NCBI GenBank assembly: GCA_028873095.1
Contig: JAGWMU010000001.1
Span: 1 to 53,529 of the forward strand
Direction of reading: 5' to 3'
Source of the DNA: Pseudomonadota bacterium
GTDB taxonomy: Bacteria > Pseudomonadota > Gammaproteobacteria > Xanthomonadales > Rhodanobacteraceae
Length of the DNA stretch: 53,529 nucleotides
Shown here: positions 9,913 through 19,376 of the stretch, piece by piece
How positions within the stretch are numbered: position 1 is the stretch's first letter
Layout of the letters: the number at the start of each line of letters is the position of its first letter
The notes under the pieces: generated by a model
Seen by the model: only the letters and a program-made list of their open reading frames with translations
The model's database searches: none
Told to the model about the DNA's origin: nothing
Program-made: the position numbers and the translations under genes

Positions 9913-11073
9913 ATGGACACCCAACCGCTGATCGACCGCTGCGAACGCCTGTACCGGGACATCGATCTTGGCTACGTGCAGGCGTGGAAACAACGCACCG
10001 GCGGCAAGGCGATCGGCCACCTGCCGGTGTACGTGCCGCGCGAGCTGATCCACGCCGCCGGGCTGCTGCCGGTCGGCATCATGGGCGGCGGCGACGACGT
10101 CGAGATCATTCGCGGCGACGCCTACTTCCAGTCCTACATCTGCCACCTGCCGCGTTCCACCGTCGAGCTTGGCCTGGCCGGCAAGCTCGATTGCCTGGAT
10201 GGCATGTTGTTCCCTGCGATCTGCGATGTGATCCGCAACCTCAGCGGCATGTGGCAGATGATGTTCCCGGACAAGTACACCAAGTACCTCGACTTCCCGC
10301 AGACTTTCAACGACGCCGGCCGCGAGTTCTACCGCCTCGAGATGGCCGAGCTGCTGCTGGAGCTGGAGGGCCTGTCCGGCATCCGCGCCACCCCCGAGCG
10401 GCTCAATCGGTCGATCACCCTGTACAACGCCAACCGCCGCGCGCTGGCCGCCCTGTACGACCTGCGCGCCGCCGAGCCGCATCGAATTCCGACCAGCGAG
10501 CTCTACCTGCTGCAACGGGCCGGCAACGTGCTCGAGGTGAGCGAGCACACCGCGATGCTGCACGAATACCTGGCGGCTGCCCGGGTCAGCCATCGCCCGC
10601 AGCGCGACAACGTGCGGGTGGTGGCGACCGGCCTGTTCTGCGAGCAGCCGCCGCTGTCGATGGTGCGCGCGATGGAGAACAGCGGCTGCTACATCGTCGA
10701 CGACGACTGGGTGCTGGGCGCGCGCTACCAGTTGGGCGACACGCCGGTCGGCGACAACCCGCTGGCGGCCATCGTCGACGCCTACATGAACGGCACCGTG
10801 GCCACCGCCACCCGTTACGTCGAGGGCGACGACAAGGGCGCGTTCCTGGTCGAACAGGTGCGCCGCCGGCATGCCGAAGGCGTGATCTTTGCCGCCGCCA
10901 GCTTCTGCGACCCGGCCCTGCTCGACCGGCCGATGGGACAGAAGGCGCTGGCCGAGGCGGGCATCCCGTACACCGCTTTCACCTATTCGGAAAACACCGG
11001 CCAGGTCCAGGTCATCAAGGAACAGGCCGGCACCTTCGCCGATTCCATCAAACTGTGGGGAGCCGTGTCATGA
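9913..11073 (+). CDS. bcrC: benzoyl-CoA reductase class I subunit C (gamma)
   Basis: PVYVPRELIHAAG, RGDAYFQSYICHLPRS, FPAICDVIRNLSGMW, GLFCEQPP, SFCDPALLD, SENTGQ...KEQAGTFADSIKLW. Confidence 0.95.
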   Translation: MDTQPLIDRCERLYRDIDLGYVQAWKQRTGGKAIGHLPVYVPRELIHAAGLLPVGIMGGGDDVEIIRGDAYFQSYICHLPRSTVELGLAGKLDCLDGMLFPAICDVIRNLSGMWQMMFPDKYTKYLDFPQTFNDAGREFYRLEMAELLLELEGLSGIRATPERLNRSITLYNANRRALAALYDLRAAEPHRIPTSELYLLQRAGNVLEVSEHTAMLHEYLAAARVSHRPQRDNVRVVATGLFCEQPPLSMVRAMENSGCYIVDDDWVLGARYQLGDTPVGDNPLAAIVDAYMNGTVATATRYVEGDDKGAFLVEQVRRRHAEGVIFAAASFCDPALLDRPMGQKALAEAGIPYTAFTYSENTGQVQVIKEQAGTFADSIKLWGAVS

Positions 11074-12344
11074 GCAGCGCCGAAGTCCTGAAGGAAGAAA
11101 GCATGGTGCTGCAGAAGAAGATGCTCGGCGAGCACTTCGACACCCTGTCCAAGTCCCGGGAGAACGGGCGCAAGGTGGTCTACACCTTCGTGCCCGGCAA
11201 CCTCAACGAGCTGATCCTCGCCTTCGACCTGCTGCCGGTGCACCCGGAGGTCAACGCACTGCAGTCGGGCATGCGCAAGCTGTCCGGCGATTACATCCAG
11301 GAAGCCGAGAAACACGGCCACTCCGAGGACGTCTGCACCTACGTCAAGTGCGATATCGGCATGCTCAAGAAGGGCAACATCGGCCCCACCGGCGAGAAGC
11401 TTCCGCCGCCGGACCTGCTGCTGCTGAGCTATACCGGCTGCTTCACTTTCATGAAGTGGTTCGAGCTGCTGAAACAGGAGTATGGCTGCCCGGTGGTGAT
11501 GCTGCAGGTGCCGTACCAGGCCGACGGCAGGATCACCGCCAGCCAGCGCGCGTTCGTCGCGCGCCAGCTGCGCGACGTGGTGGTGCCGGCGCTGGAACAG
11601 GTGTCCGGCAAGAAACTCGACGAGGACCGTCTGCGCGAATTGCTGGCCAGCTCCGCGCGCGCCGAGGACGACCTCGTCCATGTCTGGGAATCGGCCAAGC
11701 ACAAGCCCTCGCCGATCGATGCCTACTTCGGCGGGGTCTATTACATCGGCCCGATCTTCACCGCCTTCCGCGGCCTGCCCGTGTGCGAGCAGTACTACCG
11801 TTCGCTGCGCAGCGAGGTCGATTACCGGATTGCCCACGGCATGGGTCCGACCACGCCGGAAGGCGAGCTGCGCCAGCAGAAGTACCGCATCGTCATCGAG
11901 GGCCCGCCGAACTGGACCAGCTTCCGCGAGTTCTGGAAGATCTTCTCCGACGAGGGCGTGGTGATGGTGGCGTCGACCTACACCAAGGTCGGCGGCCTGT
12001 ACGAGCAGGGCTTCCGCCACGACCCGGACCATCCGTTCGAAACCCTGGCCGAGTATTGCCTGGGCTGCTACACCAACCGCAGCCTGCCGACGCGGGTCGA
12101 CATCCTCGCCAAGTACGTCGAGGAGTACGAAGCCGACGGCGTGCTGTTCAACTCGATCAAGAGTTGCAACTCGTTCTCGGCCGGGCAGCTGATGATGCTG
12201 CGCGAGCTGGAAAAGCGTACCGGCAAGGCCGGCGCCTTCATCGAAAGCGACCTGGTCGATCCGCGTTACTTCAACGCGGCCAACATCAAGAACCGCCTCG
12301 AATCCTACTTCCAGATGCTGGAAGCGAAGCGGCAGGCGGCCTGA
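11070..12344 (+). CDS. bcrB: benzoyl-CoA reductase class I subunit B (beta, catalytic)
   Basis: YTFVPGNL, GHSEDVCTYVKCDIG, SYTGCFTFMKWFE, EGPPNWTSFREFWK, YCLGCYTN, SIKSCNSFSAGQL, DLVDPRYF. Confidence 0.95.
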   Translation: MSSAEVLKEESMVLQKKMLGEHFDTLSKSRENGRKVVYTFVPGNLNELILAFDLLPVHPEVNALQSGMRKLSGDYIQEAEKHGHSEDVCTYVKCDIGMLKKGNIGPTGEKLPPPDLLLLSYTGCFTFMKWFELLKQEYGCPVVMLQVPYQADGRITASQRAFVARQLRDVVVPALEQVSGKKLDEDRLRELLASSARAEDDLVHVWESAKHKPSPIDAYFGGVYYIGPIFTAFRGLPVCEQYYRSLRSEVDYRIAHGMGPTTPEGELRQQKYRIVIEGPPNWTSFREFWKIFSDEGVVMVASTYTKVGGLYEQGFRHDPDHPFETLAEYCLGCYTNRSLPTRVDILAKYVEEYEADGVLFNSIKSCNSFSAGQLMMLRELEKRTGKAGAFIESDLVDPRYFNAANIKNRLESYFQMLEAKRQAA

Positions 12345-12355
12345 AGGGGGACACC

Positions 12356-13747
12356 ATGGACTGTTGCTATATCGGCATCGATCTGGGCTCGACCACCACC
12401 AAGGCGGTGTTCCTGGACGAACACGAGCGCATCATCGGGCGCGGCATCACCAACTCGCGCAGCAATTACGAGCTGGCCTGCCAGGTCGCGCGCGAGGAAG
12501 CCGAAATCGATGCCCGCTTCGGCCTGCTGCGCGGCAAACTCGAAGCCAGCCCGCAGATCGGCGCGCTGGCCGAGCCGCTGATGGCGATACTGGCCTGCAC
12601 CTACGCGCTGGCCCAGCACCTGGAGCAGTTGCGCGCGCTGCATGCCGAATGCAGGCAGCTGGCGCTGGCGCACGCGCTGCCGGCGGACGAAATGGCGGCC
12701 GTCGAGCGCGCCCTGGACAGCATCTTCGCCGCCCTCGAACGCCAGGCCGAACTGGACTTCTTCCCCGGCAGCGCCGCTGCCAGCGATTTCTTCCGCGACC
12801 TTGCCACCAGTCAGTACCTGAAGCAGGCCGAGCAGGTCACGCGCGAGTTGCCGGTACCCTTCGACCGCCTGGTCGGGCTGTTCGACGCCGCCATCATCCG
12901 GGTCGAAAACCACAGCTTCGCCGGTCAGTATCGCAGTTACCTGGAGTTCGCCGCCCAGCGCGTCGCCGCCGACGGGCGCTTCGCGGCATTTGCCGACGAG
13001 ATCGCCACCGCCGTCGGCGACACCGCCGAGCAGCGCTTCAATGTGCTCAACATCGTCGGTACCGGCTACGGCCGCCTGACCCTGCCGTTCGCACGCGAGC
13101 AGATCCGTTCGGAGATCCTCTGCCACGGCCTGGGGGCGCACTACATGTTTCCGCTCACGCGCAGCGTGCTGGACATCGGCGGCCAGGACACCAAGGCGAT
13201 CCAGGTCGACGGCAATGGCCTGGTCACCGGGTTCCAGATGAACGACCGCTGCGCCGCCGGCTGCGGCCGCTATCTGGGCTACATCGCCGACGAAATGAAC
13301 ATCGGCGTGCATGAGCTGGGGCCGCTGGCGATGCAGTCGACCAAGGAGGTCAAGATCAATTCGACCTGCACCGTATTTGCCGGCGCCGAGTTGCGCGAGC
13401 TGATGGCGCTCGGCGAAAAGCGCGAGGACATCCTGGCCGGCCTGCACCGCGCGATCGTGCTGCGCGCCATGTCGCTGCTGGCGCGCTCGGGCGGGGTCAG
13501 TTCCGAATTCACCTTCACCGGCGGCGTCGCGCGCAACCAGGCGGTGACCTCGGCGCTGCAAAGGCTGGTGGCCGAAAACTACGGCGAAGTCGCCATCAAC
13601 ATCAGCGCCGACAGCATCTTCACCGGCGCCGTCGGTGCCGCCCTGTACGCCAAGCGCGACCCCAAGGGCGTGATGGCGGATCTGGAAGTCAGCAAGCTCG
13701 CCAGCAAACGCCCCGCCTGCGCCGGCGGCGCGAACTGCCCGGCCTGA
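12356..13747 (+). CDS. bcrA: benzoyl-CoA reductase class I subunit A (alpha, ASKHA ATPase)
   Basis: GIDLGSTTTK, GITNSRSNY, large BcrA-type insert, GTGYGR, SEILCHGLG, DIGGQDTK, MNDRCAAGCG, NSTCTVF. Confidence 0.95.
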   Translation: MDCCYIGIDLGSTTTKAVFLDEHERIIGRGITNSRSNYELACQVAREEAEIDARFGLLRGKLEASPQIGALAEPLMAILACTYALAQHLEQLRALHAECRQLALAHALPADEMAAVERALDSIFAALERQAELDFFPGSAAASDFFRDLATSQYLKQAEQVTRELPVPFDRLVGLFDAAIIRVENHSFAGQYRSYLEFAAQRVAADGRFAAFADEIATAVGDTAEQRFNVLNIVGTGYGRLTLPFAREQIRSEILCHGLGAHYMFPLTRSVLDIGGQDTKAIQVDGNGLVTGFQMNDRCAAGCGRYLGYIADEMNIGVHELGPLAMQSTKEVKINSTCTVFAGAELRELMALGEKREDILAGLHRAIVLRAMSLLARSGGVSSEFTFTGGVARNQAVTSALQRLVAENYGEVAINISADSIFTGAVGAALYAKRDPKGVMADLEVSKLASKRPACAGGANCPA

Positions 13748-13758
13748 GGAGGCCACCC

Positions 13759-14625
13759 ATGCTCAACACCATCGGATTCCACACCATCGGCATCGATGTC
13801 GGCTGCGATTCGGTCAAGACCAGCCTGATGGCGTTCGCACCCGACGGCAACCAGCCCCGCCTGCTGTTCAAGGATCTCGACAAGATCCGCAAACGCAACA
13901 TCAAGCACGTGGTGCGCTCGGCCTTCGAGCGTGCGCTGCTGCGGCACGGCCTGGACGAAGCCGACATTGCCTACGTCGCCACCACCGGCGAGGGCGAGCT
14001 GGTCGATTTCCGCCGCGGCCACTTTTTCTCGATGACCGCCCACGCGCGCGGCGCGATCTTTCTGGATCCCTCGGTCCGCGCGGTCGTCGACTGCGGCGCG
14101 CTGCACGCCAAGGCGATGCTGATCGACGAGCGCTCCAAGGTGCTGGCCTACCGCATGACCTCGCAGTGCGCATCGGGCTCCGGGCAGTTCCTGGAAAACA
14201 TCGCACGCTATCTCGGCGTGGCCATCGACGATATCGGCGGACTGTCGCTGCGCGGCGACTCGCCCGAGCAGGTCTCGGGCATCTGCGCGGTGCTGGCCGA
14301 GACCGACGTGATCAACATGGTCAGCCGCGGCATTTCCACCGCCAATATCCTGCGTGGCATCCACCTGTCGATGGCCAAGCGCCTGATCGGCCTGATGCGC
14401 ATGGTCAAGACCAACGGCGACGTGCTGGTCACCGGCGGCCTGGCGCGCAATCCCGGTTTCGTCGCCGCGATGCAGGAAATGGCCGACAACGACAAACGCC
14501 TCAACGCGAACATAAAGATTCACCCGGACTCGGTGCATGCCGGTGCCATCGGCGCCGCGCTCTGGGCCGGCTACCGGCATCTGCGCCTGCAAGGGCAGCC
14601 GACCGCGCAGTCGCAGGCCGCATGA
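13759..14625 (+). CDS. bcrD: benzoyl-CoA reductase class I subunit D (delta, ATPase)
   Basis: GIDVG, ATTGEGE, GHFFSMTAHARGA, MTSQCASGSGQFLENIARYL, SGICAVLAETDVINM. Confidence 0.95.
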   Translation: MLNTIGFHTIGIDVGCDSVKTSLMAFAPDGNQPRLLFKDLDKIRKRNIKHVVRSAFERALLRHGLDEADIAYVATTGEGELVDFRRGHFFSMTAHARGAIFLDPSVRAVVDCGALHAKAMLIDERSKVLAYRMTSQCASGSGQFLENIARYLGVAIDDIGGLSLRGDSPEQVSGICAVLAETDVINMVSRGISTANILRGIHLSMAKRLIGLMRMVKTNGDVLVTGGLARNPGFVAAMQEMADNDKRLNANIKIHPDSVHAGAIGAALWAGYRHLRLQGQPTAQSQAA

Positions 14626-16433
14626 TGGCCGCTACCGACACCGCGTCGATGCCGATCCTGCGCAACCCGCAGGCGCTCGGGCCCGTCGTGCCGAACATCG
14701 GCACGCTGGTACTCGACAACGCCGCGCGTTACGCGGCGGCGCCGGCGTTCGCCGAGCGCGTCGACGGGCCTTATTGCCTTCGCACCTGGACCGACGTGGG
14801 CGAGGACGTGCTGCGCCTGGCAGCGTGGCTGCTGAGCCAGCGCGAGGCCGCCGGAGCGAGCTGGCAGGGTCGGGTCGCCTTCATCACCGGCAACAGCTAT
14901 GCGCGCCACGTCGCCGAGCTGGCGACCATGGCCTGCGGGCTGGTCAGCGTGCCGATCTTCGCCGGCTATCCGGCCGAGCTGATGGCCGAGTTGCTGCGTT
15001 TTTCCGCGACCGACCTGCTGGTCACCGACCAGCCGGACAAGCTGCCCGGGCTCGATTCCCACTGCCTGCCGCCGCGATTGCTGCTGTTGACCAAGCCAGC
15101 GACGGGCGATGGCCGCGCCTACGCCGCTGGCGGCGGGCGCGTCGAGCACGTCGAGCACGTCGCCCAGGTGCTGGCCGCCGCACCGGATGCGGCGACGCGC
15201 GGGCGCGTCGAGCGCGAGCTGCGCTCGGTGGCGGCCGACGACGTGTGCCTGATCATGTACACCTCCGGCACCAGCGGCTTCCCCAAGGGCGTCCAGCTCA
15301 GCCATCGCAACCTGCTCAGCCAGCAACAGGCACTGGCGCAGTGCTGGCAGCCCGAGCCGGGGCTGCGCATGCTGTGTTACCTGCCATGGCACCACAGCTT
15401 CGGCGGCCTGTTCGAGCGCCTGTTCGCGGTCGCCTTCGGTGGCTGTCTCGCGCTCGACGACGGCTGCGGCAAGGACATCGACCGGCTGCTGGCCAACTTC
15501 GCCGAGATCCGGCCGCAGGTGTTTTTCAGCGTGCCCAAGATCTACCAGGAAATCGCCGTCCTGGTGCAGGCGCGACCGGCGCTCGAGCGGGCGTTCTTCC
15601 ATCCGGAACTGAAGTTCGTGTTCACCGCATCGGCGCCGCTGCCGCTGAGTGCCTCCGCGGTGTTCCGTGCGCACGGCGTGCCGGTACTCGAAGGCTGGGG
15701 CCTGACCGAAACATCGCCCTGCTGCAGCCTGACCCCGCTCAGCCTCGATCGTACCCCGGGCGTGGTCGGCTGGCCGATCCCGGGTGTGGAACTGGCGCTG
15801 GCCGAGGACAGCGAAATCCTGGTGCGCGGCCCGAACGTGATGCGCGGCTATTTCCGCAACGAGGCGGCGACCGCCGCCGCCTTTACCGCCGATGGCTGGT
15901 TCAAGACCGGCGACATCGGCGAATTCGGAGCGGAGGGAGTGCGCATCTGTTCGCGCAAAGAACGCATGTTCAAGCTGAGCAACGGCGAGAAAGTGTTCCC
16001 GCCACAGATCGAATCGCGCATCCATGCCCGCTGCCAGTTCGTGAAATACGCCTACGTGTTCGGCTCCGGCCAGCGTGCGCCGCATCTGCTGGTGTTCCCC
16101 AATCGCCAGGCGTTCGAGAGCTGCGCCGGCGGCGGCCACTGCGGCGATGACGGCTGCGCCCGGCCGCACGACTGCGCGCAGCTCGCGCACTGCCTGTCGA
16201 ACTGCATGGCGCAGATCAATGCGCAACAGGCTACCGGCTTCGAAATGATCCGCCGCGCACTGGTGGTGGATCGCGAGCTGTCGATCGACGACAACGAGTT
16301 GACCCCGTCGTTCAAGCTGATCCCGCGCCGCATCGAAGAACACTACGCCGACTGCATCGAGGCCATGGAGCAAGGCCGCTTCGAGCGGCTGCCGGACGAC
16401 GTGTACGTACTCGACCTGGAGATGCACAAGTGA
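14622..16433 (+). CDS. AMP-forming acyl-CoA ligase (feruloyl-CoA synthetase / long-chain FACL-like)
   Basis: YTSGTSGFPKGV, LPWHHSFGG, GWGLTETSP, GPNVMRGY, KTGD, KLSNGEKV, ELTPSFKL; ATGA-coupled to bcrD. Confidence 0.88.
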   Translation: MMAATDTASMPILRNPQALGPVVPNIGTLVLDNAARYAAAPAFAERVDGPYCLRTWTDVGEDVLRLAAWLLSQREAAGASWQGRVAFITGNSYARHVAELATMACGLVSVPIFAGYPAELMAELLRFSATDLLVTDQPDKLPGLDSHCLPPRLLLLTKPATGDGRAYAAGGGRVEHVEHVAQVLAAAPDAATRGRVERELRSVAADDVCLIMYTSGTSGFPKGVQLSHRNLLSQQQALAQCWQPEPGLRMLCYLPWHHSFGGLFERLFAVAFGGCLALDDGCGKDIDRLLANFAEIRPQVFFSVPKIYQEIAVLVQARPALERAFFHPELKFVFTASAPLPLSASAVFRAHGVPVLEGWGLTETSPCCSLTPLSLDRTPGVVGWPIPGVELALAEDSEILVRGPNVMRGYFRNEAATAAAFTADGWFKTGDIGEFGAEGVRICSRKERMFKLSNGEKVFPPQIESRIHARCQFVKYAYVFGSGQRAPHLLVFPNRQAFESCAGGGHCGDDGCARPHDCAQLAHCLSNCMAQINAQQATGFEMIRRALVVDRELSIDDNELTPSFKLIPRRIEEHYADCIEAMEQGRFERLPDDVYVLDLEMHK

Positions 16434-17353
16434 ACATCCACTATGGCGTGGTCGGCACCGGCCCGGTCGGACGCGTGTTCGCCGGCCTGCTGCGCCAGGC
16501 CGGACATCGGGTCACCGTGCTGTGTCACCGCCCGCAGACCGAGCAGATCCTCAAGCGCCGCCCGGTGGTGGTCAAGGGCGAGCTCAAGGCCTACGCCCAG
16601 CTCGACGAGGTGCTGCTGGGCGCGGCCGAGTTCGTGCGCGCCCAGCCCGACGTGGTGCTGATCTGCACCAAGAGCGTGGATACCGAGCACCTGCTCACGA
16701 CCCTGCGCGAGCATCATCCGCGTCCGGAAACGCTTTATGTGTCGTGCCAGAACGGCATCGACACCGAACGCGTCGTGGCCGAGGTATTCGGTGCCGACCA
16801 CGCGCTGCGCATCGTGCTCAACATGGGCTGCGACATCTCGTGCGGCAACGAGGTGGTCGTGACCTTTTGCACCACCCACGTCATGTCCAAGCCGGCGTCG
16901 GTGGACGGCGATGCGGTCGAGCGCATCGCCAGCGACCTGCGCGAGTCCGGGTTGCCGCTGACGGTCAGCGCGAACTGGCGCAACGACTCGTTCATGAAGG
17001 CGCTTTTGAATGCGTCGCTCGGCAGCCTGTGCGCGGTGACGCGGCACTGCATGAATTGCGTCATGGACCAGCCCGAGGCACGCGCCGTGGTCGAGGACAT
17101 GCTGCGCGAGGGCATCGCCATCTGTGCCGCCGAAGGGATCGAGCTGCGTCCGGATTTCCTCGCCTACGCGATGCATTACCTCGACCAGGGCGGCGAACAC
17201 CGACCCTCGATCCTGGTCGACGTGGAGAAGGCCAAGGTCACCGAGAACGAATTCCACTGCGCCGAACTGGCGCGACTGGCGCGCCGGCACGGCGTGCCCG
17301 CGCCGACGATCGATCTCATCGACAAGCTGCTGCGTTGCACGGAGAATTTCTGA
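16430..17353 (+). CDS. ketopantoate reductase (PanE/ApbA) family 2-ketoacid reductase
   Basis: GTGPVG, TKS, QNG, KALLN (catalytic Lys region), PSILVD...TE; GTGA-coupled to the ligase. Confidence 0.85.
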   Translation: MNIHYGVVGTGPVGRVFAGLLRQAGHRVTVLCHRPQTEQILKRRPVVVKGELKAYAQLDEVLLGAAEFVRAQPDVVLICTKSVDTEHLLTTLREHHPRPETLYVSCQNGIDTERVVAEVFGADHALRIVLNMGCDISCGNEVVVTFCTTHVMSKPASVDGDAVERIASDLRESGLPLTVSANWRNDSFMKALLNASLGSLCAVTRHCMNCVMDQPEARAVVEDMLREGIAICAAEGIELRPDFLAYAMHYLDQGGEHRPSILVDVEKAKVTENEFHCAELARLARRHGVPAPTIDLIDKLLRCTENF

Positions 17354-19362
17354 TGCGCGAGTTCCGCACCGTTGCGGTGGTCGGCGCCGGCACCATGGGC
17401 TCGGCGATCGCCCAGCATTTCCTGATGAAGGGTCTCACGGTGCGTCTCGCCGACGCCGCCGCCGAGGGGCTGGCGCGCGGCCAACGCCTGATCGAGGCAT
17501 CGCTCGACGAGGCGCTGGCGCGCCGCCTGCTGGACGCGCCAGCGCGCGCGGCCACCCTGGCACGCCTGCATCCGACGCTGGCGCTGGCCGATCTGGCCGA
17601 CGCCGACCTGGTGGTCGAGGCGGTGTTCGAGGACCTGGCCCTGAAGCGCGAACTACTGGGCCAGCTCGAAAACGTCGTCGCGCCCGACTGCGTGCTCGCC
17701 AGCAACACCTCCTCGTTCCAGGTCAGCGACATCGCCGCCGCCCTGGCGCATCCGCAGCGCCTGTTCGGTACGCACTACTTCTACCATGCCGCCAAGAACA
17801 AGCTGATCGAGCTGATCCCGGGCGAACGCAGCGATCCGGAGTTGCTGCGCGAGCTGGAAGGCTTCTATGCCGAGCTGGGCAAGACTCCGATCCTCACCGC
17901 CGACGCGCCCGGCTTCGCGGTCAACCGCTTCTTCGTGCCCTGGCTGAACGAGGCCGTGCGCCTGTACGAAGAGGGCCTGGGCGGCATCCCCGGCATCGAC
18001 GCGGTGGCGCGCGCGACGTTCGGCGTCGGCATGGGTCCATTCGCGCTGATGAACGCCACCGGCGTACCGATTGCCCGCCACGCCGCCGCCGGGCTGGCGG
18101 CGCGCCTGGGACCGTTCTATGCGCCGGCCGGGACTTTGTGCCGGCAGGTCGAGCGTGGCGGCGACTGGGACCTCGATGACGACCGCGTTGCCGCCGGCGG
18201 CACCGAGCGGCCCGAAGCAATCCGCCGCCGCCTGCTCGCCGCCGCCCTCGGCTGCGCCGCCGCCCTGGTCAGCGAAGGCGTCTGCGATGCCACCGCCACC
18301 GACCTGGGCGCGCGCACCGGCCTGCGCTGGCCGCGCGGCCCGTTCGAGCTGACCGCCGCGCTGGGCCGGGACGTGGTCGCCGGCATGGTCGGCGAGCTGT
18401 TCGAAGCCTGGCACCTGCCGCTGCCTGCGATGCCGTTCGCGCAGGCCGGCGAACTCGCGCTGGCGTGGGTGCAGGTCGAAGTGCACGGCAACACCGGCCT
18501 GATCGTCTTCAACCTGCCCGACCGCATGAATGCGCTGGGCGAGGCGGTGATGGAGCAGTTGGAAGCCGCCTGGGCGAGACTGGAGGACGACCCGGCGGTG
18601 CAGCGGGTGTTTTTCTGCGGGCGCGGCAAGGCCTTCGTGGCGGGTGCCGACATTCGCTTCTTCCTCGATGCCATCGATGCCGGCGATCTCGATCGCATTC
18701 AGGCCTTTACCGAACGCGGCCAGCGCCTGCTCGGACGCATCGAGGCCGCCGCAAAGCCCACCTGCGCTTTCCTCGACGGCCTGGCGCTCGGCGGCGGACT
18801 CGAGCTGGCGCTGGCTTGCCGCTACCGCCTCGGCACCCGCAACACGTCGATCGCCCTGCCGGAAACCGGCATCGGCATCTACCCCGGTCTCGGCGGCACT
18901 CAGCGCAGCAGCCGCCTGCTCGGTCCGGGCGTGGCCAAGTTCCTGATCGCCACCGGCCATCGCATCGACGCCGCCCGCGCGCTGCAGCTCGGTCTGATCG
19001 ACGCGGTGACCGACCCGCTGCGCCACCTGCGCGAACTGGCGGCGCTGCCGCTGCCGGCGCCGCAGGCCGGGCGCCGCCCGCAGCCGGAACTGGAGCAGGC
19101 CTTTGCCGGCTATCGCGGCGAACTGGACGCGACCACGCTGGCGCGGCCGGAACTGGCGCCGTTCGCGCGCGAGCTTTCGCGCAAGGCTCCGCTGGCGCTG
19201 GCGACCGCGATGCGCCTGGTGGACGAGGGCCTGGCGCTCGACCTGCCAGCCGGGCTGGCGCTGGAACTGGCCGGCCTGAAGACGATCTTCGCCAGCGACG
19301 ACGCCCGCACCGGCCTGGCCAGCGTGCTCGACGCCAGCCGCCCGCAATATCTCGGACACTGA
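17353..19362 (+). CDS. 3-hydroxyacyl-CoA dehydrogenase / enoyl-CoA hydratase fusion (dehydrogenase N-terminal)
   Basis: GAGTMGSAIA, VEAVFE, ASNTSS, THYF, PGFAVNR, MGPF; then MNAL, AFVAGADI, ALGGGLELALAC, PETGIGIYPGLGGTQR. Confidence 0.9.
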   Translation: MREFRTVAVVGAGTMGSAIAQHFLMKGLTVRLADAAAEGLARGQRLIEASLDEALARRLLDAPARAATLARLHPTLALADLADADLVVEAVFEDLALKRELLGQLENVVAPDCVLASNTSSFQVSDIAAALAHPQRLFGTHYFYHAAKNKLIELIPGERSDPELLRELEGFYAELGKTPILTADAPGFAVNRFFVPWLNEAVRLYEEGLGGIPGIDAVARATFGVGMGPFALMNATGVPIARHAAAGLAARLGPFYAPAGTLCRQVERGGDWDLDDDRVAAGGTERPEAIRRRLLAAALGCAAALVSEGVCDATATDLGARTGLRWPRGPFELTAALGRDVVAGMVGELFEAWHLPLPAMPFAQAGELALAWVQVEVHGNTGLIVFNLPDRMNALGEAVMEQLEAAWARLEDDPAVQRVFFCGRGKAFVAGADIRFFLDAIDAGDLDRIQAFTERGQRLLGRIEAAAKPTCAFLDGLALGGGLELALACRYRLGTRNTSIALPETGIGIYPGLGGTQRSSRLLGPGVAKFLIATGHRIDAARALQLGLIDAVTDPLRHLRELAALPLPAPQAGRRPQPELEQAFAGYRGELDATTLARPELAPFARELSRKAPLALATAMRLVDEGLALDLPAGLALELAGLKTIFASDDARTGLASVLDASRPQYLGH

Positions 19363-19376
19363 CAGGAAATCCCCGC

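Noticed and set aside
15141-15161. 9-bp tandem duplication GTCGAGCAC (VEHVEHV) in the ligase
   Set aside because: In-frame micro-duplication in a variable region; no evidence of phase variation or function.
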